A stretch of 32,000 nt of DNA from Xanthomonas campestris pv. campestris str. ATCC 33913 (GTDB taxonomy: Bacteria > Pseudomonadota > Gammaproteobacteria > Xanthomonadales > Xanthomonadaceae): the NCBI RefSeq assembly GCF_000007145.1, contig NC_003902.1, positions 2,756,497 through 2,788,496 on the forward strand, read 5' to 3'. The notes below the pieces were generated by a model. The model did not search any database and was not told the origin of the DNA. It saw only the letters and a program-made list of their open reading frames with translations. Position numbers and translations under genes: made by a program. Position 1 is the stretch's first letter. Every line of letters starts with the position of its first letter. Below are positions 24,790 through 32,000 of this stretch, piece after piece.

Positions 24790-25773
24790 ATGCCAGCCCG
24801 TCCCCTGCTCTGCGTTGACGATGAATCCAGCAATCTGGCCACCCTGCGCCAGTTGCTGCGCGACGACTATCCACTGGTATTCGCCAAATCCGGCGGTGAA
24901 GCCCTGGATGCGGTGGCGCGGCATGCGCCGGCGCTGATCCTGCTGGACGTGGAACTGCCGGACATGGATGGCTACGCAGTGGCGCGCACACTCAAGCAGG
25001 ACCCGGACAGCACCGCCATCCCGATCCTGTTCGTGACCTCGCGCAGTACCGAGCACGACGAGCGCACCGGCCTGGAGGCAGGCGCCGCCGATTACGTGAG
25101 CCGGCCCTACTCCGCCGCCTTGCTCAAGGCGCGCATCGCCACGCATCTGACCCTGGCCGAAAATGCGCGCCTGGCGCAGCAATACCGCGACGCCATCCAT
25201 CTGCTGGGCACCGCCGGCCAGGGCCAGGACGCGGACACCGGCGCGCATATCTGGCGCATGGCTGCCTATGCGCGCCTGCTAGCGGAGAAAGTCGGCTGGC
25301 CACCCGCGCAGGCACAGCTGCTGGAAGATGCCGCGCCGCTGCATGACGCCGGCAAGATCGTCGTGCCCGGCAGCATCCTGCACAAGCCCGATACCCTGGA
25401 CGAGCACGAGCGCGAGGTGGTGCGCCAGCATCCCCAGGTGGGCCACGACCTGCTGCGGCACGGCCGCGGGCCGCTGTTCCAGCTGGCTGCCGATATCGCC
25501 CTGCACCACCACGAATGCTGGGACGGCAGCGGTTATCCGCAGGGCGTGGCGGGCGATGCCATCCCCGAAGCCGCCCGCATCGTGGCGGTGGCCGATGTGT
25601 TCGATGCACTGTGCGGGCGCCGCGCCTACAAAGCGCCGTGGGCGGTGGAAGATGCCATGCGCAAGCTCGACAGCATGGCCGGGAAGCAACTGGAGCCGCG
25701 CCTGGTGCACGCGTTTCGCGATGCCCTGCCGCAGATGCTGCAGATCAAGGACGCCTGGGATCGGGAGCGTTGA
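24790..25773 (+). CDS. Response regulator with an HD-GYP c-di-GMP phosphodiesterase domain (RpfG-like architecture; candidate PcrR ortholog).
   Basis: 327 aa, starting 33 nt after the kinase stop. REC features: LCVDDES, acceptor LLD. HD-GYP features: HD in PLHDAGK (25342-25347), HHHECWDGSGYPQG (GYP at 25531-25539), VADVFDAL. The normally invariant REC Lys in the KP motif is Arg here (DYVSRPY, codon 25102-25104). Confidence 0.92.
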   Translation: MPARPLLCVDDESSNLATLRQLLRDDYPLVFAKSGGEALDAVARHAPALILLDVELPDMDGYAVARTLKQDPDSTAIPILFVTSRSTEHDERTGLEAGAADYVSRPYSAALLKARIATHLTLAENARLAQQYRDAIHLLGTAGQGQDADTGAHIWRMAAYARLLAEKVGWPPAQAQLLEDAAPLHDAGKIVVPGSILHKPDTLDEHEREVVRQHPQVGHDLLRHGRGPLFQLAADIALHHHECWDGSGYPQGVAGDAIPEAARIVAVADVFDALCGRRAYKAPWAVEDAMRKLDSMAGKQLEPRLVHAFRDALPQMLQIKDAWDRER

Positions 25774-25810
25774 GAGATGGGAATCGGGAGTTGGGAATCG
25801 GGAATGGGGG
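25757..25810. repeat. Short tandem GGGA(A)TCGGGA repeat straddling the stop codon of the HD-GYP gene.
   Basis: gggatcgggag at 25757-25767 (inside the CDS), gggaatcggga at 25779-25789, and gggaatcggga at 25793-25803, followed by atgggggg. The period is about 14 bp. Confidence 0.75.
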
Positions 25811-26102
25811 GTCCATCAGGGCGTTGTTGATTTTGGTGCTGTAGCGCGCACTCGGATTCGCCAGGCGGTGCGTCTGTCGTGCGAGATGGCGAGAGCTCGG
25901 GCGATCGCTGGCCAACGGTCTCGCCTAGTCGGGCAGGCGCTTGAAAAGCGCCACATTGCGCACGCAATGTTGCCCGCTGCGTGCTTGAACCATCTGGCCG
26001 GCAGGCGGACAATGCCCATGTTGCGCCGCACAACACCGTGCGACGCGGGCCGCTCCAGCCGTCGCACCGTGCTGTTGCAGCGGCCCCGCAACCGAGACTC
26101 CG

Positions 26103-27533
26103 ATGTCCTCCAGCGTGTCCGAGGCCGGCGCGGCGCCGGCGCCGCGTTATCCCGATTACCGCATCATCTCGCTGATCCTGGCCTGCGCCATTTTCATGGA
26201 GCAGATGGATGCGACCGTGCTGGCGACGGCACTGCCGACCCTGGCGCGCGATTTCGGCGTGGCCGCGCCGGCGATGAGCATCGCCATGACCAGCTACCTG
26301 CTGGCGCTGGCGGTGCTGATCCCGGCCAGCGGCGCGATCGCTGACCGCTTCGGGCTGCGTCGCGTGTTCAGCGCCTCCATCTGGGTATTCATTGGCGGCT
26401 CCATCCTGTGCTCGCTGGCCGACAGCCTGCCGACCATGGTGGCCGCGCGGGTGCTGCAGGGCGCCGGCGGCGCGATGATGGCCCCGCTCGGGCGGCTGAT
26501 CCTACTGCGCACCGTGGAGCGCCGCCACCTGGTGTCCGCAATGGCCTGGACGCTGGTGCCGGCCTTCATCGGCCCGATGCTTGGGCCGCCGCTGGGCGGG
26601 TTCTTCGTGTCCTACCTGGACTGGCGCTGGATCTTCTACATCAACGTGCCAATCGGCATCACCGGCTTTTTGCTGGTGCGGCGCTTCATTCCGGACATTC
26701 CCAGCGAATCTGCACCCGCGCGCTTTGATCTGCGCGGCTTCGTGCTGTGCGGCACCGCCCTGGGCTGCCTGCTGTTCGGGCTGGAAATGGTCAGCCAGGA
26801 AGATGGCATCCCGCGCGCCAGCTGGCTGCTGGCCATCGGTGGTGCCACGGCGCTGGGCTATCTGTGGCATGCGCGCCAGCATCCGGCACCGTTGCTGGAT
26901 CTGAGCCTGCTGCGGATCGACTCGTTCCGGCTGTCGGTGATCGGTGGCGCGCTGATGCGCATTACCCAGGGCGCGCATCCGTTCCTGCTGCCGCTGCTGT
27001 TCCAGATCAGCTTCGGCTTCAGCGCCGCGCGCAGCGGGCGGCTGATCCTGGCCACCGCGCTGGGCGCGCTGCTGATGCGCAGCATCACCCCGCAATTGCT
27101 GCGCCGCTTCGGCTACCGCAACAGCCTGATCGGCAACGGCGTACTGGCCAGCCTGGGCTACATGGTGTGCGCGCTGTTCAGGCCAGACTGGCCGCCGGCG
27201 CTGATGTTCGGTTTGCTGCTGTGCTGCGGGGCGTTCATGTCGTTCCAGTTTGCCGCCTACAACACCATCGCCTACGAAAACGTGCCGGCCGCGCGCATGG
27301 GCCGCGCCAGCAGCCTGTACACCACGCTGCAGCAATTGATGCTGTCGGTCGGTGTGTGTGCCGGCGCGATGATCCTCAAGCTGGCGATGCTGGCGGGCGA
27401 TCACCCGCAGCCGCAGCAACGCGATTTTTCGCTGGCGTTCTGCGTGGTCAGCCTGATCTCGCTCAGCGCCACGTGGTGGCACGTGCGCTTCGACAAGCAT
27501 GCCGGGCAGGAAATGAGCGGGCATCGCGCCTGA
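26103..27533 (+). CDS. MFS transporter, DHA2 (EmrB/QacA-like, 14-TMS) family; putative efflux pump.
   Basis: 476 aa. DHA2 blocks present: FMEQMDATVLATALPTLARDF, GAIADRFGLRRVF, RVLQGAGGAMMAPLG, WRWIFYINVPIG. Confidence 0.85.
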   Translation: MSSSVSEAGAAPAPRYPDYRIISLILACAIFMEQMDATVLATALPTLARDFGVAAPAMSIAMTSYLLALAVLIPASGAIADRFGLRRVFSASIWVFIGGSILCSLADSLPTMVAARVLQGAGGAMMAPLGRLILLRTVERRHLVSAMAWTLVPAFIGPMLGPPLGGFFVSYLDWRWIFYINVPIGITGFLLVRRFIPDIPSESAPARFDLRGFVLCGTALGCLLFGLEMVSQEDGIPRASWLLAIGGATALGYLWHARQHPAPLLDLSLLRIDSFRLSVIGGALMRITQGAHPFLLPLLFQISFGFSAARSGRLILATALGALLMRSITPQLLRRFGYRNSLIGNGVLASLGYMVCALFRPDWPPALMFGLLLCCGAFMSFQFAAYNTIAYENVPAARMGRASSLYTTLQQLMLSVGVCAGAMILKLAMLAGDHPQPQQRDFSLAFCVVSLISLSATWWHVRFDKHAGQEMSGHRA

Positions 27534-27536
27534 GCC

Positions 27537-27556
27537 TGCGTCGCCGTGGCGACGCA
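27537..27556 (+). terminator. GC-rich hairpin immediately after the MFS stop; possible terminator lacking a U-tract.
   Basis: tgcgtcgcc (27537-27545), gt, ggcgacgca (27548-27556). The 9-bp arms are perfect. The hairpin starts 4 nt after the TGA, and no T-run follows. Confidence 0.3.
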
Positions 27557-27659
27557 CTGCACTTGGCTGAGCGCGCGCCTGTCATCGCGTGATGGCTGAT
27601 CAGGCGCGCGACGCTGCGGTGGTTGCGCGCCTGCAGGCCGCAGCAACCAGCACCCCAGA

Positions 27660-28148
27660 TCACAGCACCGTGCAACGCCCCGCCAGGCCGGACAGCGCAA
27701 CGTCGCTGATCACCGCCGTTGGCGCCGCGCAGGCCGCAGCGATGATCGCCACATCAAAACCAGCGGCGTCCGGCGACAACGCGGTGTGGGTGATGCAGTG
27801 CTGCGTCATCATGCCGGCAAGCTGGATCGCTGCAACATTCGCACCGGCAAGCGTCTGTCCGAGCGAGGTGCCCAGGAAGCTATCGGCCTGATGCTTCTCG
27901 ATCACCGTGCAGCCTTCGAGCGCCGCGGCAATCGCCGGATGAAACTCGGCGCCCACACTGCCATCGGCAAGGAGCGGGCCATCGCCCGGTGCGGTGTGCC
28001 GGATGCCGATCACCACTTGGCCGGCCTGCTTGGCCTGCGCAATGTGCTCCAGGGCGCTGGCCAATGCCTGCTCGCTGTTCTCGAGCGGGAAACGGCCACC
28101 GGGGAAGTAATCGTTCTGGATATCCACCACGATCAATGCAGTGCTCAT
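27660..28148 (-). CDS. Isochorismatase-family cysteine hydrolase.
   Basis: ORF 27660..28427, trimmed to the ATG at 28148 (MSTALIVVDIQNDYFPGG), which is preceded by GAGGAG 6 nt upstream. Family features present: the VVDxQNDF-type N-terminus, a mid-protein K (EKHQADSF), and a catalytic-Cys region, LAGMMTQHCITHTA. Confidence 0.85.
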   Translation of the reverse strand: MSTALIVVDIQNDYFPGGRFPLENSEQALASALEHIAQAKQAGQVVIGIRHTAPGDGPLLADGSVGAEFHPAIAAALEGCTVIEKHQADSFLGTSLGQTLAGANVAAIQLAGMMTQHCITHTALSPDAAGFDVAIIAAACAAPTAVISDVALSGLAGRCTVL

Positions 28149-28356
28149 GTGTTGCTCCTCGAATGTCAGGGTGTTGCCGGGTGTGGCCAGCCACACGCCG
28201 GTGTGCAGCGGCGCAACGGGATCTCGGTGATGCGCAGCGGCACGAAAGCAGCCGATGCAGCGGTTGATGTCGCTTCCGAAACCCACCGCTACAGCTTGAC
28301 GGCGACACCCTCGCACCGATACTGGCCTGCGAGACCAACATCGATGAGATCGGGCC

Positions 28357-29358
28357 ATGCGCGCGCAACGTTCAGTCCCTCCTAGCCCTGCGCCGATCTC
28401 GGTCGTGGTGGTGGCGCCAGCGGGCATCAGTCCCTTTCATCTGTCGGTGCCGATGATGATCTTCGACCTGCAGCCGGACGATCGCCCGCTGTTTACGCTG
28501 CGCATCGCCGCCGAAGACACGCGTGTCGCGCTGGCCGGAGGCCAAGTGGGCGTCACGCCGGACGGCGACCTGAGCCTGCTGGATCAGGCGGAGGTGCTCA
28601 TCGTTCCCGGCTGGGCCGATCTGGACCGTGCTCCCAGCGCCGCACTGCGCGCCGCGCTGGTCGCGGCGACTCAGCGCGGCGCGCACGTGGTGGGCCTTTG
28701 CTACGGTGCCTATGCGCTGGCTTATGCGGGCCTGCTGGATGGAAAGCTGGCTTCGACGCATTGGCATGCCGAGGCCGATTTCCACCACCGCTTTCCGCGC
28801 GTTCGGCTGGACATGAATGCGCTTTACGTCGATGAGCAGCGCATCGTGACCTCGGCAGGAACCGGTGCGGCGCTGGATTGCTGCATGTATCTGGTGCGCA
28901 AGCTGTGTGGCGCGCGCCAGGCCAATGCGATCGCACGCATGATGGTGCTGCCGCAGCATCGCGACGGTGGCCAGGCGCAGTACATCGATCAGCCCGTGCC
29001 CGCCTCGCCACAGGATGCGGCACTGAGCCGGCTGCTGGACTTCATGCGCGCGGATCTGCAGCAGGATCATGCGCTGGATGCACTGGCCGAGCGTGTGGCG
29101 ATGAGCCGACGCTCGTTCACCCGCCGCTTCCACAAGGCCACCGGCATGACCGTGGGTGAATGGCTGGGCGCCGAACGCCTGCGGCGTGCCAAGGATCTGC
29201 TCGAATCCACCGCGCTGTCGATCGAGCAGGTGGCCGAACAATCCGGTTACAAAAGCGCAGTGTCGTTCCGGCAGCGCTTCAACCAGGCATTCCAGACCAG
29301 CCCGCGCGAATGGCGCAAGCGATTCACCCTGCTAGAGCAGGAATCGTTGCGGGTTTGA
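28357..29358 (+). CDS. GlxA-family transcriptional regulator: DJ-1/PfpI-like N-terminal domain plus an AraC-type HTH.
   Basis: 333 aa. The N-terminal domain has a nucleophile-elbow Cys (HVVGLCYGAYALAYAG) and VTSAGTGAALD. The C-terminal region has AraC HTH helices (LAERVAMSRRSFTRRFHKATGMTVGEWL...IEQVAEQSGYKSAVSFRQRFNQAFQTSPREWR). It is divergent from the isochorismatase gene, a common pairing. Confidence 0.88.
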   Translation: MRAQRSVPPSPAPISVVVVAPAGISPFHLSVPMMIFDLQPDDRPLFTLRIAAEDTRVALAGGQVGVTPDGDLSLLDQAEVLIVPGWADLDRAPSAALRAALVAATQRGAHVVGLCYGAYALAYAGLLDGKLASTHWHAEADFHHRFPRVRLDMNALYVDEQRIVTSAGTGAALDCCMYLVRKLCGARQANAIARMMVLPQHRDGGQAQYIDQPVPASPQDAALSRLLDFMRADLQQDHALDALAERVAMSRRSFTRRFHKATGMTVGEWLGAERLRRAKDLLESTALSIEQVAEQSGYKSAVSFRQRFNQAFQTSPREWRKRFTLLEQESLRV

Positions 29359-29409
29359 ACAAGGCGTTTTCTGCGCATCGTCATGCGTCGCGTGACACGA
29401 ATGACGCGC

Positions 29410-29445
29410 AAAAAAAAGCGCCGGCAACTGCATGCGAGCGCTTTT
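29410..29445 (+). terminator. A-run / short GC stem / T-run structure downstream of the GlxA-like gene; a weak candidate for a bidirectional terminator.
   Basis: aaaaaaaagcgc (29410-29421), a 16-nt loop, gcgctttt (29438-29445). The GC stem is only 4 bp, extendable by A:T pairs. Confidence 0.3.
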
Positions 29446-29628
29446 CAAATCAGAGCGTCAGGCGACGCGGAGCACGCAGACGTTGCGTCCTGGGTGCAGC
29501 AACACGTAAGCCGCCGCCGCCGTTGTTCCTGCCAGGCGTGGTCACGCTAATCACGCAGGACACCGGCACGCCTGAAAGGCCGAAAGCACCCGGCCATCAC
29601 CCGCAACGCTACCGCTCACCAAACGCAC

Positions 29629-29654
29629 GACGGCGAAGCCGCAACTTCGCCGTC
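29629..29654 (-). terminator. Probable intrinsic terminator of the NAD-glutamate dehydrogenase gene.
   Basis: gacggcgaag (29629-29638), ccgcaa, cttcgccgtc (29645-29654). This is a perfect 10-bp stem starting 15 nt downstream of the stop at 29670 on the minus strand. On that strand it is followed by gtgcgtttgg, a short T-run. Confidence 0.5.
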
Positions 29655-29669
29655 ATGCCACACCTGCGA

Positions 29670-32000
29670 TTACACGCCGTGCGCAGCCAACTGCCCCAAC
29701 CGCTGCACGGCCACCGACACGGTCGGGTAGTCGAGCGTCTTCTGCTCGGCCACATCGCTCAGCATCGCCAGGGTGAAACGCAGGCTGGAGTCATCGCGTG
29801 CCAGCCAGTTGGCCACCTTGTCCTCGGCACTGGCGCCGGGCATCGACAACACCTGACCGGCCAGCGTGCGCTGGTGCGCGGCCAGCTCGTCACGCAGCAC
29901 GCCACGTGCCACCGCGTGCCAACGGCCGTTGACCTCCAGCGCGTCGATCTGCTCGAACAGCCACGGCAGACGCAGCGCTTCGCCAAGACGGAAATGCACC
30001 TTGGAGACTTCCACCGGCTTGAGCTTGCGCGTGCGCGCCAGTTCGATGATGTCGAAGGCCGGTTCCAGGTAACGCAACTCGCACAGCTGTTGCGCCAGCT
30101 CGGGCGTGAGCCCCTTCTCCTGCCATTCCTGCACGCTGGCTTCGTACACCGGGCGCTGCGAATCCGGCAGCACGCCGGAGGCCACGCGGATGTCGTTGAA
30201 CGGGCCGTGGTAGCGCTCCACCGCCGCAGTGATCCCCGGCATCTGGCCCGGGCGCGACAACAACCAGCGCACGAACGAGCGCTGCAGGCGCCAGATCACT
30301 TCCAGCGCGTCGATCTGTACCGATTCAGGCACCTTGCCGTCCAGCGCGTCGATCTGCGTCCACAGCGCGCGCGCATCCAGCGTTTCGCGGCTGATGGTGT
30401 AGGCCTTGGCCACCTCGGCAATGCTGCGGCCGGTGTCTTCCTGCATGCGCATCAGGAAGGTGGCGCCCATGCGATTGATGGTGGTGTTGGTCACCGCGGT
30501 GGCGATGATCTCGCGCTTGAGGCGGTGGCGCTCCATCGCATCGGCGTACTTCTTCTGCAGCGGCTGCGGGAAATACCGCTGCAGCTCCTTGGACAGGTAC
30601 GGGTCCTCGGGGATATCCGATTCCAGCAATTGCTGGAACGCCACCAGCTTGGAGTACGACAGCAGCACCGACAGCTCCGGCCGGGTCATGCCCTGCCCGC
30701 GTGCCTTGCGGGCAGACAGCTCGGCGTCGGAAGGCAGGTATTCGATCTGCCGATCCAGCAGGCCCTGCAGCTCCAGCGTGCGAATGAAATGCTGCTTGGA
30801 ACCCAGGCGTTTGACGCTCATCCGCTCCATCAGGCTGATGGCCTGGTTCTGGCGGTAGTTGTCCCACAGCACCAGGTCGGCCACTTCGTTGGTCATCGAC
30901 GCCAGCAGCTTGTTGCGCGCGTCGTAGGTGAGCTTCTTGGCCTGAACCACATCGTTGAGCAGGATCTTGATGTTCACCTCGTGATCGGAGGTGTCCACGC
31001 CGGCCGAGTTGTCGATGAAGTCGGTGTTGAGCAACACGCCGGTCTGCGCGGCCTCGATGCGGCCAAGCTGGGTCAAGCCCAAATTACCGCCCTCGCCCAC
31101 CACCTTGCAGCGCAGCTCGCCACCATTGACGCGCAGGCCGTTGTTGGCGCGGTCGCCGACGTCGCCGTGCGACTCGCTGGACGCCTTGACGTAGGTGCCG
31201 ATGCCGCCGTTCCAGAACAGGTCCACCGGCGCCTTGAGGATGGCGTTCATCAGCTCATTCGGCGACAGCTGCTTGACGCTGGCGTCCAGCCCCAGCGCCT
31301 CGCGCACCGGTGCGCTGAGTTCGATCGACTTGAGCGTGCGCGGGTAGATGCCGCCACCGGCGCTGATCAGCTTGGCGTCGTAATCGGCCCAGCTGGAACG
31401 CGGCAACGCGAACAGCCGCTCACGTTCGGCGAAGGACACCGCCGCATCCGGGTTCGGGTCCAGAAAAATATGCCGGTGATCGAACGCCGCCAGCAGGCGG
31501 ATGTGGCGCGACAACAGCATGCCGTTGCCGAACACGTCGCCGGACATGTCACCGATGCCGACCACGCTGAAATCCTGGCTCTGGCAATCGCGTCCCAGTG
31601 CACGGAAGTGGCGCTTGACCGACTCCCACGCACCGCGCGCGGTGATGCCCATGCCCTTGTGGTCGTAACCGACCGAGCCACCGGAGGCGAATGCATCGCC
31701 CATCCAGAAGCCGTGGTCCAGCGCGAGGCCATTGGCGATGTCGGAGAAAGTCGCCGTGCCCTTGTCGGCCGCCACCACCAGGTACGGGTCGTCCTGGTCA
31801 TGACGTACCACCTGCGTCGGCGGCACGATCTTGCCGCCGACAATGTTGTCGGTAATGTCCAGCAGGCTCTGGATAAACAGTTTGTAGCAGGCGATGCCTT
31901 CGGCCTGGATCGCATCGCGATCGCCGCCCACCGGCGAGCGCTTGACGTAGAAACCGCCCTTGGCGCCGACCGGCACGATGACGGTGTTCTTGACCATCTG
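29670..32000 (-). CDS. gdhB: NAD-specific glutamate dehydrogenase, large (about 180 kDa) Bac_GDH type. The C-terminal ~776 codons are present; the 5' end lies beyond the window.
   Basis: The frame is open to position 32000, so the listed M is internal (…QMVKNTVIVPVGAKGGF). Catalytic-domain blocks present: VPVGAKGGFYVK, VVAADKGTATFSDIAN, FASGGSVGYDHKGMGITARGAWESV, GIGDMSGDVFGNGML, and a long helical C-terminal region. Confidence 0.93.
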   Translation of the reverse strand, partial: QMVKNTVIVPVGAKGGFYVKRSPVGGDRDAIQAEGIACYKLFIQSLLDITDNIVGGKIVPPTQVVRHDQDDPYLVVAADKGTATFSDIANGLALDHGFWMGDAFASGGSVGYDHKGMGITARGAWESVKRHFRALGRDCQSQDFSVVGIGDMSGDVFGNGMLLSRHIRLLAAFDHRHIFLDPNPDAAVSFAERERLFALPRSSWADYDAKLISAGGGIYPRTLKSIELSAPVREALGLDASVKQLSPNELMNAILKAPVDLFWNGGIGTYVKASSESHGDVGDRANNGLRVNGGELRCKVVGEGGNLGLTQLGRIEAAQTGVLLNTDFIDNSAGVDTSDHEVNIKILLNDVVQAKKLTYDARNKLLASMTNEVADLVLWDNYRQNQAISLMERMSVKRLGSKQHFIRTLELQGLLDRQIEYLPSDAELSARKARGQGMTRPELSVLLSYSKLVAFQQLLESDIPEDPYLSKELQRYFPQPLQKKYADAMERHRLKREIIATAVTNTTINRMGATFLMRMQEDTGRSIAEVAKAYTISRETLDARALWTQIDALDGKVPESVQIDALEVIWRLQRSFVRWLLSRPGQMPGITAAVERYHGPFNDIRVASGVLPDSQRPVYEASVQEWQEKGLTPELAQQLCELRYLEPAFDIIELARTRKLKPVEVSKVHFRLGEALRLPWLFEQIDALEVNGRWHAVARGVLRDELAAHQRTLAGQVLSMPGASAEDKVANWLARDDSSLRFTLAMLSDVAEQKTLDYPTVSVAVQRLGQLAAHGV

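Overview
High-GC chromosomal segment that resembles Xanthomonas-type (Xanthomonadaceae) core genome. That assignment is an inference from the REP palindromes, the GGGAATCGGGA repeats and the gene content. I support 21 protein-coding genes, all with GC-rich third codon positions. I see no tRNA or rRNA genes, CRISPR array, transposase, integrase or phage genes.

Gene content, left to right:
1. A polyamine-catabolism locus syntenic with Pseudomonas spuI / spuA-spuB-spuC, plus a translationally coupled FAD oxidase. A 565-bp repeat-filled spacer lies in front of spuC.
2. A REC-REC-GGDEF diguanylate cyclase followed by a stand-alone bacteriohemerythrin.
3. A tandem array of REP-like palindromes, then an MHS-type MFS transporter.
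4. A minus-strand operon: OFA-family MFS, FdhD, a YdeP/FdhF-family molybdoenzyme, and a small winged-helix protein.
5. A beta-alanine/omega-amino-acid:pyruvate aminotransferase.
6. An orphan ParB/Srx-fold protein, a second REP array, and a DUF445 membrane protein.
7. A CHASE-sensor hybrid histidine kinase (HisKA-HATPase-REC-REC-HPt) with a REC-HD-GYP phosphodiesterase.
8. A DHA2 MFS transporter, a divergent isochorismatase/GlxA-AraC pair, and the C-terminal half of the large NAD-glutamate dehydrogenase.

I did not find a convincing undescribed multi-gene system. This reads as an ordinary housekeeping and signalling region. The leads most worth a second look are:
- the two higher-order REP arrays, whose palindrome cores differ by compensatory changes;
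- the orphan ParB-like gene;
- the transporter-FdhD-YdeP-wHTH operon, whose substrate is unknown;
- the split DGC/hemerythrin pair;
- the CHASE kinase / HD-GYP pair, which probably corresponds to the published Xanthomonas cytokinin sensor PcrK/PcrR.

All long ORFs lying antisense to these genes are treated as high-GC shadow ORFs.
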